A stretch of DNA of 64,000 nt from Candidatus Omnitrophota bacterium (GTDB lineage Bacteria > Omnitrophota > Gorgyraeia > Duberdicusellales > 4484-171). Every line of letters starts with the position of its first letter. Positions within the stretch are counted from its first letter, which is position 1. Location: NCBI GenBank assembly GCA_041652815.1, contig JBAZGN010000002.1, positions 174,261-238,260 of the forward strand, written 5' to 3'. Positions 1-8,227 of this stretch are shown here, piece by piece. Below the pieces are notes generated by a model. That model had not been told where the DNA came from. It worked only from the letters and a program-made list of their open reading frames with translations, and ran no database searches. The position numbers were made by a program, and so were the translations under genes.

Positions 1-23
1 AGAGCGAAGAAAAGTTGCGTTGT

Positions 24-92
24 CGAATTTACCCCGCCCTTTCTTACCTATGAATATTTTATTTTAAGGTATGAAAGGGCGGGGTTCAATTC
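24..92. repeat. Family C hairpin element, copy 1 (CCCCGCCCTTTC ... GAAAGGGCGGGG)
   Basis: 12-bp GC-rich stem with an AT-rich structured loop. Upstream of PilZ gene 1. Confidence 0.8.
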
Positions 93-157
93 CGACACAC
101 AAGTTATGTTCGCCTACGGCTGCCATAACTTGTGTCATCATTGAACGGAGGTGCGTT

Positions 158-469
158 ATGAATGAGGATGTTTACGGTTATAGGCGCGCGTATCAAAGGT
201 TTATGTGTTTTTTAAAAGGCACGTGTGAGTCTTCCGGTGGCAAATCGCAAGAGATATCTTGTAATGATATAAGCTATAAAGGCGCGGGTGTAATTACAGC
301 GCAGCCCTTGGCAATTAACAGCAATCTGAAGATGCAGCTTTCTAATCCTAAAATCGGGCCCATAGAAGTTGAGGGAAAAGTTTGCTGGTGCAACAATGTT
401 TATGGAAAGTGGCGCGCAGGAGTTTCGTTTAACAAAATTTTGCCTTTCAGCCTCGAGAAAATAGTATAA
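158..469 (+). CDS. PilZ-domain protein (c-di-GMP receptor-like), about 103 aa
   Basis: RxxxR-like (YRRAYQRF) and DISxKGxG motifs typical of PilZ. Start moved to the internal ATG at 158, which has a GGAG RBS, because ORF 71..469 begins inside a palindromic repeat. Confidence 0.5.
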   Translation: MNEDVYGYRRAYQRFMCFLKGTCESSGGKSQEISCNDISYKGAGVITAQPLAINSNLKMQLSNPKIGPIEVEGKVCWCNNVYGKWRAGVSFNKILPFSLEKIV

Positions 470-504
470 TATTTACAGGCTAAAAAGTAAAAGGAGGATT
501 TATC

Positions 505-816
505 ATGGGTAAACGGGCTTTCAACGAGAAAAGGTTATTTGACAGGACTCTTTGTTCAATGCCCGGCAGCTATGTATTGAAAGATATATCTTCCGGCACC
601 TTTGTTTGTAAAGATATAAGCCCGAAAGGAATCGGCATACAAACAACGCAGCCTCTGCCAGTAGATACTAAAGTGAAGATAGAGATAACCACAAAGAAAA
701 AAGTTCCGCTTATCCTGGAAGGAAAAGTGCGTTGGTCCAGAAAAGAGGGTGACGGCTACAGGGTAGGCATTGAATTTAACGAACCATTGTTTATATTGTT
801 AAGTATGCTTGTATAA
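505..816 (+). CDS. PilZ-domain protein, tandem paralogue
   Basis: EKRLFDR and KDISPKGIGI motifs. AAGGAGG RBS upstream. Confidence 0.5.
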   Translation: MGKRAFNEKRLFDRTLCSMPGSYVLKDISSGTFVCKDISPKGIGIQTTQPLPVDTKVKIEITTKKKVPLILEGKVRWSRKEGDGYRVGIEFNEPLFILLSMLV

Positions 817-869
817 ATTACAAGGCTTTCCGGTTATGTTTGTAAAATAAGTTTTTTCTGCCTCCCCTT

Positions 870-2501
870 ATGTATTTTTATCATCATTTTCGCAATATAT
901 GTTTTATTCTTGTTGCTTCGATTTCTTTCTTTAACCTGCCCGCACAAGCCCAAAGTAATTCTGGGCGTAATCCTTCCTTTGGCGATAAAATAATAATCGG
1001 CTCCGGTGCTGAGGCAAGCAATCTTATACCTATGCTTGCGTCAGATAGCGCTTCCCACGAAGTAAGCGGATTTATTTTTAATGGCCTAGTTAAGTACGAT
1101 AAAGACCTTACCTTAATAGGAGACTTAGCAGAGAGCTGGGAAATAAGCAAAGATGGTTTAGAAATAACTTTTCATCTTAAAAAAGGAATAAAATGGCACG
1201 ATGGCGTTGAGTTTACCGCAGATGATGTTTTGTTTGGATACAAAACCATTATTGACGAAAAAACGCCAAGTGCTTATAAAGAGGATTTCCTTCAAGTAAA
1301 GATTGCTGAAGTGGTGGATAAATATACTTTCAAAGTAACCTATGATAAGCCGTTTGCGCCGGCTCTTGCCAGCTGGGGAAGCCTTGTGGTTTTGCCTAAA
1401 CATATTTTAGAAAAAGAGGATATAACCAAAACCAGCTTTTCCAGAAACCCCGTAGGAACCGGGCCGTTTAAATTTAAAGAGTGGGTTCCCGGACAAAAAG
1501 TAATACTTACCGCAAATCCTGATTATTTTGAGGGAAGGCCTTACCTGGATGGCGTTACAATTCGGATTATACCTGACCCTACCACTATGTTTTTGGAACT
1601 TAAAACGCAAGGCCTTGATTGGATTGGGCTTACACCTTTACAGTATAAAAAACAAACCGAGGATAAATTCTTCAACGAAAATTATAAAAAATTCAAATAT
1701 CCTTCTTTTGCCTATACATATCTTGGGTTTAACCTAAAGCATCCATGGTTTTCTGAAAAAAAAGTGCGCCAGGCAATAGCGTATGCTTTGGATAAGGAAG
1801 AAATTATAAAAGGAGTGCTCTTGGGCATGGGCAGTATTTCCACCGGCCCTTATGTGCCGGATACTTGGCCGTATAACCCAAATGTAAAAAAATATGAATA
1901 TAATCCGCAAAAAGCCAAAGAGCTGCTTGCTGAGGCAGGTTGGAGCGATAGCGACAATGACGGAATTTTAGATAAAGATGGAAAGCCGTTTGAGTTTACA
2001 ATACTTACCAATATGGGTAATACCGCGAGGATTAAAACCGCAACAATAATACAATACAGGTTAAGTAAGGTCGGCATAAAAGTTAATATCCGAAGCCTTG
2101 AATGGTCGGCTTTTATCAACTGGTTTATCGATAAAAAACGTTTTGAGGCGGTAATCTTAGGCTGGAGTATAAGCCTTGACCCTGACCAATATGATATCTG
2201 GCATTCCACAAAGACAAAAGAAAAAGAGTTAAATTTTGTAAGCTTCGCAAATCCTGAGGTTGATAAATTGTTGGAGCGAGGAAGAAGAACATTCGATATT
2301 GAAAAAAGAAAACAAGCTTACTTTAGGATTCAGGAAATTATTGCTGAAGAGCTGCCGTATATTTTTCTATACGTGCCTGATTCTTTGCCGATTGTAAGTT
2401 CAAGATTTCAGGGAATCGAACCCGCACCAATAGGAATCGGGTATAATATAGAGAAGTGGTACGTGCCGAAGCGGTTACAAAAATATCGTATGCAAGAATA
2501 A
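870..2501 (+). CDS. ABC peptide-transporter substrate-binding protein (family 5, OppA/DppA-like)
   Basis: 543 aa with a signal peptide and family-5 SBP sequence features. Heads a 5-gene opp/dpp-like operon. Confidence 0.85.
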   Translation: MYFYHHFRNICFILVASISFFNLPAQAQSNSGRNPSFGDKIIIGSGAEASNLIPMLASDSASHEVSGFIFNGLVKYDKDLTLIGDLAESWEISKDGLEITFHLKKGIKWHDGVEFTADDVLFGYKTIIDEKTPSAYKEDFLQVKIAEVVDKYTFKVTYDKPFAPALASWGSLVVLPKHILEKEDITKTSFSRNPVGTGPFKFKEWVPGQKVILTANPDYFEGRPYLDGVTIRIIPDPTTMFLELKTQGLDWIGLTPLQYKKQTEDKFFNENYKKFKYPSFAYTYLGFNLKHPWFSEKKVRQAIAYALDKEEIIKGVLLGMGSISTGPYVPDTWPYNPNVKKYEYNPQKAKELLAEAGWSDSDNDGILDKDGKPFEFTILTNMGNTARIKTATIIQYRLSKVGIKVNIRSLEWSAFINWFIDKKRFEAVILGWSISLDPDQYDIWHSTKTKEKELNFVSFANPEVDKLLERGRRTFDIEKRKQAYFRIQEIIAEELPYIFLYVPDSLPIVSSRFQGIEPAPIGIGYNIEKWYVPKRLQKYRMQE

Positions 2502-2506
2502 GTTTA

Positions 2507-2613
2507 TAGTTACGAATGTTATGAAAGTTACGCAGGTTACGAAGGTTACAATAAAACACGCGATTCAAGGGTAACTTTCGTAACCCCCGTAACATCCGTA
2601 ACCTTCGTAACCT
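2507..2613. repeat. Family A inverted-repeat element, copy 1 (tandem GTTACGnAG 9-mers and complementary arm), between oppA and oppB
   Basis: gttacgaatgttatgaaagttacgcaggttacgaaggttac...gtaactttcgtaacccccgtaacatccgtaaccttcgtaacc. Confidence 0.85.
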
Positions 2614-2636
2614 AAAATTGGACAGTTGCAGTTACA

Positions 2637-3611
2637 ATGTTAAGCTATTTATCTAAAAAATCATTCGAGTTACTCATCACCTTCTTCGGTATAACCTTAG
2701 TTTCATTTTTTCTCATCAATTTAACTCCGGGCAAGCCCACAGATACTTTATCCGAGTTAAACCCGAAAATGACTCCCGAAGCAAGAGCTATTTTAGAAAA
2801 ACACTGGGGTTTGGATAAGCCTGTCCATATAAGGTATGTTATCTGGCTTAAAAATGTTTCACGATTAGATTTCGGCGCCTCTCTGTCCAGCGATATGCGT
2901 CCTGCCTGGGATAAAATCAGGGAAAGGTTTCCCATAACCATTCTTATAAACAGTATCGCGATTTTTTTTATTTTTCTTATTGCTGTGCCTATAGGCATAC
3001 ATTCGGCTGTTAAGGCGAACTCATTATCGGACAAATTTACGACGCTTGCAGTTTTTATAGGTTTTGCTATGCCGACATTCTGGCTTGCGCTAATACTACA
3101 GTTTATTTTTGGAGTCTGGCTCAATATTCTTCCTGTTTCAGGCATAAAATCGCTAAACTATGAAAGCTTATCTTTAGTGCAAAAAATTTTAGATAGCGCC
3201 CGCCACTTATGCTTGCCTATATTTATAACTGTTTTTGGAAGCTTAGCCGGTATTTCGCGCTATATGCGTAGCACTATGCAGGAAGCTTTAAGCCAGGAAT
3301 ACATAGTAACGGCAAGAGCAAAGGGCCTTTCTGAGAGTAAAGTAGTTTATAAACACGCATTAAGAAATGCGATTTTACCGGTAATAACAATTGTGGGCCT
3401 TTCAATTCCCGGATTAATCAGCGGTAGCGTAATTTTCGAAACTATATTTGCCATACCGGGCGTAGGCCAGCTTTTGTATCAAGCAGCAATGAGCAGGGAT
3501 TATAATGTAATTATGGCAGAAGTAGTTATGGTATCTGTACTTACGCTTTTGGGTAATTTACTGGCGGATATAGGGTATGCGATTGCCGACCCAAGGATAC
3601 GAGTAAAATGA
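2637..3611 (+). CDS. ABC peptide-transporter permease (OppB/DppB-like)
   Basis: 324 aa, multi-TM, with the typical N-terminus and a BPD-transport EAA region. Confidence 0.85.
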   Translation: MLSYLSKKSFELLITFFGITLVSFFLINLTPGKPTDTLSELNPKMTPEARAILEKHWGLDKPVHIRYVIWLKNVSRLDFGASLSSDMRPAWDKIRERFPITILINSIAIFFIFLIAVPIGIHSAVKANSLSDKFTTLAVFIGFAMPTFWLALILQFIFGVWLNILPVSGIKSLNYESLSLVQKILDSARHLCLPIFITVFGSLAGISRYMRSTMQEALSQEYIVTARAKGLSESKVVYKHALRNAILPVITIVGLSIPGLISGSVIFETIFAIPGVGQLLYQAAMSRDYNVIMAEVVMVSVLTLLGNLLADIGYAIADPRIRVK

Positions 3612-3695
3612 TATTGCAGATGCTTGATACTAGATACTCGATGCCCGTAGGAATAAATTAACGAGCATCTAGCATCTAGAATCGAGGATCATTAA
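3612..3695. repeat. Family E element, copy 1 (GATACTC/GATGCTC heptamer arms), between oppB and oppC
   Basis: tgcttgatactagatactcgatgcccgtag...cgagcatctagcatctagaatcgaggatc. Confidence 0.75.
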
Positions 3696-3706
3696 TTCTA
3701 TAAGTT

Positions 3707-4531
3707 ATGTTTTGGAAAAGATTTAAGAAAAACAAATTAGCTTTAACCGGAGGAGTTCTTGTATTTGGCCTCCTTGCCATTGCCGTATTCGCTCCATTTA
3801 TTTCTCCTTATGACCCAAACACCATCAACATGGATGATGTTTTACAGGCGCCAGGCAGTCGGCACATTTTAGGTACGGATGATTTAGGAAGAGACATTTT
3901 AAGCAGAATGATTTACGGAACGCGTATTTCTTTGTCTGTCGGTTTTGTCGCAATAGCCATTGCAACGATAATTGGCATTATTTTAGGTAGCCTCGCCGGC
4001 TATTACGGAAAATTGATAGATTCTTTGATTATGCGCCTGGTAGATATAATGCTTTCAGTGCCGACATTCTTCTTGCTGCTTACAATTATTGCGATAGTCG
4101 GCCCAAGTATTTGGATTGTAATGTTTGTAATAGGGTTAACCGGTTGGATGTCTATAGCCAGGCTCGTAAGGGCAGAGTTCTTAACGTTAAAAGAAAGAGA
4201 ATTTGTGCTGGCTGCGCGTTCGATAGGAGCAACTGACGCGCGGATAATTTTCCGGCACATTTTACCTAATGCCATGTCGCCTGTTTATGTGTCTTTTATT
4301 TTGGGCGTAGCAGGGGCAATACTTATGGAGTCTGGTTTAAGCTTCTTAGGCTTCGGGGTGCAGCCGCCAACTCCAAGCTGGGGAAATATTCTAACCGCTG
4401 GCCGTGAATATATGGAAGTTGCCTGGTGGCTTATTTTTTTCCCGGGATTAGCAATACTTGTAACCTGCCTGTCTTATTATATTTTGGGAGAAGGAATCAG
4501 GCAGGCATTGGATCCGAAGTTGAAAATATAA
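3707..4531 (+). CDS. ABC peptide-transporter permease (OppC/DppC-like)
   Basis: 274 aa, multi-TM with the OppC N-terminal pattern. Confidence 0.85.
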   Translation: MFWKRFKKNKLALTGGVLVFGLLAIAVFAPFISPYDPNTINMDDVLQAPGSRHILGTDDLGRDILSRMIYGTRISLSVGFVAIAIATIIGIILGSLAGYYGKLIDSLIMRLVDIMLSVPTFFLLLTIIAIVGPSIWIVMFVIGLTGWMSIARLVRAEFLTLKEREFVLAARSIGATDARIIFRHILPNAMSPVYVSFILGVAGAILMESGLSFLGFGVQPPTPSWGNILTAGREYMEVAWWLIFFPGLAILVTCLSYYILGEGIRQALDPKLKI

Positions 4532-4535
4532 TAAA

Positions 4536-4608
4536 GCTATCAGCCATCAGCTTTCAGCTATCAGTCAAAATATTAAAAGCTGAAGACTGACGACTGAAGG
4601 CTGATAGC
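4536..4608. repeat. Family D element, copy 1 (CAGCNAT heptamer arms), between oppC and oppD
   Basis: gctatcagccatcagctttcagctatcagtc...gctgaagactgacgactgaaggctgatagc. Confidence 0.8.
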
Positions 4609-4618
4609 TAATAAATAT

Positions 4619-5584
4619 ATGAATGAAATTTTACTAAAAGTTGAAAATCTACACACTTCTTTCTTCACCGACACCGGCGAAGTAAAAGCTGTAAGAGGAG
4701 TAAGCCTATCTTTGGAAGAAGGTAAAACCCTGGGGCTTGTTGGCGAAAGCGGCTGCGGCAAAACGGTCACGGCTTTATCGATTATGCAATTACTTCCGTA
4801 TAATGCCAAAATAACCGCCGGCAGTATATTGTATAAAGCTAAGGACTTATTAAAACTTTCGCATGAAGAATTGCGCAAGATTAGAGGCGGAGAAATTTCT
4901 ATGATTTTTCAGGAACCGATGACAGCGCTTAATCCTGTTTTTACGATAGGCGAGCAGATAAGAGAGACAATAGTATTACACCGCAACTTCAATAATAAAC
5001 AAGCAACTGATAGAGTTATAGAATTGCTCGGGGATGTAGGCATTCCCGAACCCTATAAAAGAATCAAAGATTACCCGCATCAATTAAGCGGAGGAATGCG
5101 CCAACGTGTTTTAATTGCTATGGCGCTTGCGTCTTCCCCGAGCCTTTTGATTGCCGATGAGCCGACAACCGCCCTTGATGTAACAGTTCAGGCGCAGATA
5201 CTTGAGCTTATAAGCGATTTGCAAAATAAAAAGCAAATCGCGATGATTTTGATAACCCACGATCTCGGTGTGGTTGCAGAACATGTTGACTTCGTTGCAG
5301 TTATGTATGCCGGAATAATTGTTGAATATGCAACTACGCAAAATTTATTTAGTGAGCCATTGCACCCGTATACAAAGGCGCTGCTTAGTTCCATACCAAA
5401 GCTGGAAGATAAGGATGTAAAACTTAGCACCTTGCAAGGTTCGGTACCGAAGTTTTCGCAATTGCCAAAGGGGTGCATATTTTACGAAAGGTGTGCGGAA
5501 AGGGATTCTGAATGTAAAGAGATGCAGCCGGAGCTCATCGAAGTAAAGAATGGGCATTGGGTGGCGTGTGTGAGACAAAATTAA
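4619..5584 (+). CDS. ABC peptide-transporter ATPase (OppD/DppD-like)
   Basis: Walker [17 protein letters not shown] signature and an oligopeptide C-terminal extension with Cys residues. Confidence 0.85.
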   Translation: MNEILLKVENLHTSFFTDTGEVKAVRGVSLSLEEGKTLGLVGESGCGKTVTALSIMQLLPYNAKITAGSILYKAKDLLKLSHEELRKIRGGEISMIFQEPMTALNPVFTIGEQIRETIVLHRNFNNKQATDRVIELLGDVGIPEPYKRIKDYPHQLSGGMRQRVLIAMALASSPSLLIADEPTTALDVTVQAQILELISDLQNKKQIAMILITHDLGVVAEHVDFVAVMYAGIIVEYATTQNLFSEPLHPYTKALLSSIPKLEDKDVKLSTLQGSVPKFSQLPKGCIFYERCAERDSECKEMQPELIEVKNGHWVACVRQN

Positions 5585-5603
5585 TCCCCTATTGATTAAT
5601 TTC

Positions 5604-5712
5604 AGGTTACGAACGTTACGAAGGTTACGCAGGTTACGAAGGTTACCATAAATCACGAGGTTTTTAATGTAACCTCCGTAACTTTCGTAACTTCCCGTAA
5701 CCTTCGTAACCT
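5604..5712. repeat. Family A element, copy 2, between oppD and oppF
   Basis: Near-identical arms to copy 1. Confidence 0.85.
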
Positions 5713-5744
5713 AAATATATGATTTGTGTTTGGGTGTATAAAAT

Positions 5745-6710
5745 ATGAATACCTTATTACAGATAAAAAACATCGTAAAACACTTTCCTGCAAAAACAGG
5801 GTTCTTCGAGGCGGGTAGTGGTGTTATTCACGCTTTAAACGATGTGAGCTTTACCGTTGAACATGGTGAAACCTTAGGGTTAGTTGGCGAAAGCGGCTGC
5901 GGAAAATCTACTTTGGCAAAAATAATTGCCAGGCTTATTCCGTCAACCAGCGGTAAAATATTTTTCGAGGGAGAGGACATAACGCATCTTGCACAAAATA
6001 AGTTAAAAAAAATCCGGAGAAATATCCAGTTTGTTTTTCAGGACCCCCAGGCATCTTTAAACCCGCATATGACTATTGTTAATACTGTGAGTGAACCATT
6101 CGTTGTGCATGGCCTATGCAGCGCTAAAGGAGCCATTCCGGAAGCCGAGCGTATTTTAAGTTTAGCCGGTGTTCCAAAAGAAATGGTAAGTCGCTATCCG
6201 CATGAATTTAGCACAGGCCAACGCCAACGCATAGCCATTGCCAGGGCATTGGCTTTAAATCCCAAGCTAATTATTGCCGATGAGCCCATTGCCTCTCTTG
6301 ATGTTTCAATCCAAGCGCAAATATTGAATTTGTTTAAAGAACTAAAAGATAAATTTAATTTAACATATATTTTTATCAGCCACGACCTAAGGGTTATCGA
6401 ATATATAAGCGATAGGGTTATCGTTATGTATCTTGGCAAAATAATGGAAGTAGCGAAAAATAGCGATTTATACAGGCATCCTATTCATCCCTACACCGAA
6501 GCCCTTATCTCGGCTATACCTGTACCGGATCCCGCAACTAAAAAGAAACGCATAATACTAAGAGGCGAAATTCCCGGCACAACCAAACTTCCTTCTGGTT
6601 GTGTATTCCATACCCGCTGTGTATATGCTAAACAGAAATGTGTCGATGAAATTCCTGAACTAACCCGGCGTGACGGCCGTTCTTTTGCCTGTCATTTTCC
6701 GTTAGAGTAG
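5745..6710 (+). CDS. ABC peptide-transporter ATPase (OppF/DppF-like)
   Basis: Walker A GESGCGKST, signature FSTGQRQR and a C-terminal Cys-rich extension. Confidence 0.85.
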   Translation: MNTLLQIKNIVKHFPAKTGFFEAGSGVIHALNDVSFTVEHGETLGLVGESGCGKSTLAKIIARLIPSTSGKIFFEGEDITHLAQNKLKKIRRNIQFVFQDPQASLNPHMTIVNTVSEPFVVHGLCSAKGAIPEAERILSLAGVPKEMVSRYPHEFSTGQRQRIAIARALALNPKLIIADEPIASLDVSIQAQILNLFKELKDKFNLTYIFISHDLRVIEYISDRVIVMYLGKIMEVAKNSDLYRHPIHPYTEALISAIPVPDPATKKKRIILRGEIPGTTKLPSGCVFHTRCVYAKQKCVDEIPELTRRDGRSFACHFPLE

Positions 6711-6769
6711 ATACGAATTGTTATTGGTGTCCCCACATTTAAATTGAATATTTTCCGTTTTGGCTTATA

Positions 6770-7741
6770 ATGAATCTTCAAAAAGGGGAGGTAAAAATGA
6801 AGATTGATGTGAAAAAAATTATATATTCAACGGCGATATTCGTGTTTCTGTCTTGCGCAAACACTAACGTTTTTGCGCAAAGCCCAACTCAAACCGGCCA
6901 GGTTAAAGTCAGCGGCCCTAAAAAAACAATTGCAGTTGCGCGCTTCGAAAACAGTTCCGGAATTAATTCGTATATAGCAATTGGCGATGATTTTGCTGCT
7001 CAACTTAGCGACGCTCTTATACAAAGTGGAGAGTTCACTGTACTAAGCCGTAAAGACTTAGGGGCCGTGCTTACGGAGCAGGACCTTGCGGATAGCGGCC
7101 GCATGTCTAAATCTCTTTCAGCGCAAAAAGGAAAGATTATCCCGGCGCAAATCCTTATAACCGGAAACATCACTGAATTTGAAGAGAACACTCAAGGCGG
7201 CGGCCAGGGTTTAAGCATCCACGGTATAACTATTGGCGGCGCAAAATCTGACGCACATGTTGCAGTGATTGTGCAAATTATAGATTCAACTACCGGAGAA
7301 ATCTTAGATTCGCAAAGAGTAGAGGGCTTAGCAGACGCCTCTGCTTTTACTATAGGCTATAGCGGTTCTTTTAGTTTAGGCAGTTCCAGTTTTAAAAAGA
7401 CGCCTCTCGGTAAAGCTGTGCAAATTGCAATAGACAGGGCAGTAGTCTATATCTCCGATAATCTTAGTAAATTTCCTTGGCAAGGCAGGGTGGTTACAAT
7501 TAAAGATGGATTAGTCTATGTAAATGCCGGTTCTGACGCAGGCATCGTACCAGGCGAGACTTTTATTGTGTGCAGAAAAGGCGAAAGCTTGATAGATCCG
7601 GAAACCGGTATGGATTTAGGCACAGAAAAAACAAAAATAGGCGATATCATAATATCCGAAGTGCAGCCTAAGTTCTCGAAAGCAAAAATATTAAGTAATA
7701 CCGACCAGATTAGAGTATCGGATTTAGTTATAAAACAGTAA
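6770..7741 (+). CDS. CsgG/HfaB-family lipoprotein (curli-type secretion channel homologue) with a C-terminal extension
   Basis: Signal peptide. Blocks align by eye to E. coli CsgG: TIAVARFENSSG; ILITGNITEFEENTQGGG..ITIGGA; IDSTTGEIL. Confidence 0.6.
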   Translation: MNLQKGEVKMKIDVKKIIYSTAIFVFLSCANTNVFAQSPTQTGQVKVSGPKKTIAVARFENSSGINSYIAIGDDFAAQLSDALIQSGEFTVLSRKDLGAVLTEQDLADSGRMSKSLSAQKGKIIPAQILITGNITEFEENTQGGGQGLSIHGITIGGAKSDAHVAVIVQIIDSTTGEILDSQRVEGLADASAFTIGYSGSFSLGSSSFKKTPLGKAVQIAIDRAVVYISDNLSKFPWQGRVVTIKDGLVYVNAGSDAGIVPGETFIVCRKGESLIDPETGMDLGTEKTKIGDIIISEVQPKFSKAKILSNTDQIRVSDLVIKQ

Positions 7742-7947
7742 ACGCAGATTAGCACAGATTTGTAAACGAATGATTACAGATAATATTCGTCAAACGGTTA
7801 CGGTTGCGCTGCTCGTTTCGTCTTACGGTTACGTTTTACGTATGACGCAACCGATACGAGCCGCGTAACCGATAGACGCAAGACGATACGCTAAATCTGC
7901 GATTGTCTGTTTTGTAATCTGTGATCATCTGTGTGTAAGAGAGGAGG
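7742..7947. repeat. Composite element: family F arms (CACAGAT ... ATCTGTG) enclosing a nested family G palindrome (CGGTTACGG.../...CCGTAACCG). 3' end is TAA plus GGAGG
   Basis: Outer arms at 7742-7790 and 7894-7947. Inner palindrome at about 7795-7880. Confidence 0.7.
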
Positions 7948-7952
7948 AATGT

Positions 7953-8132
7953 ATGAAATTTATAATCTTTAGCATGATAACATTTTTTTTAATGGCATGT
8001 GAGCCTGTCCACAAAGCTGCTCAAGAAGTAGGTAAACCTGTTGGCGCAGCTACTAAAGCAGTGGGTGGTGTTACTGAGGGAGCTGCCGAAGGCTACAGCG
8101 ACAAACAAACCGAAAACCCTTACAACAGATAA
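7953..8132 (+). CDS. Small (59 aa) putative lipoprotein, Gly/Ala-rich, below the ORF-track size cutoff
   Basis: GAGGAGG RBS 6 nt upstream. Signal-like N-terminus MKFIIFSMITFFLMAC with a candidate lipobox Cys. Hand-translated. Confidence 0.35.
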   Translation: MKFIIFSMITFFLMACEPVHKAAQEVGKPVGAATKAVGGVTEGAAEGYSDKQTENPYNR

Positions 8133-8138
8133 ATTTTT

Positions 8139-8222
8139 AAACAGACCACAGATCAGAATCGATACTCGATGCTCGATGATAGATGCTAGCTAGTATCGAG
8201 TATCCGGTATCTAGTATCAGTC
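8139..8222. repeat. Family E element, copy 2, upstream of ABC-F
   Basis: cagaatcgatactcgatgctcgatgatagatgctagctagtatcgagtatccggtatctagtatcag. Confidence 0.75.
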
Positions 8223-8227
8223 TAATT

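Noticed and set aside
2395-2430. tRNA T-arm-like sequence (GGTGCGGGTTCGATTCCC on the minus strand) inside oppA
   Set aside because: The flanking sequence does not form an acceptor or T stem, and it lies inside a well-supported coding sequence. Chance similarity.
884-2595. Minus-strand ORFs overlapping oppA (884..1150, 1158..1403, 1407..1610, 1850..2209, 2338..2595)
   Set aside because: Antisense shadow ORFs inside a strongly supported + strand gene. The last one is generated by the family A repeat.
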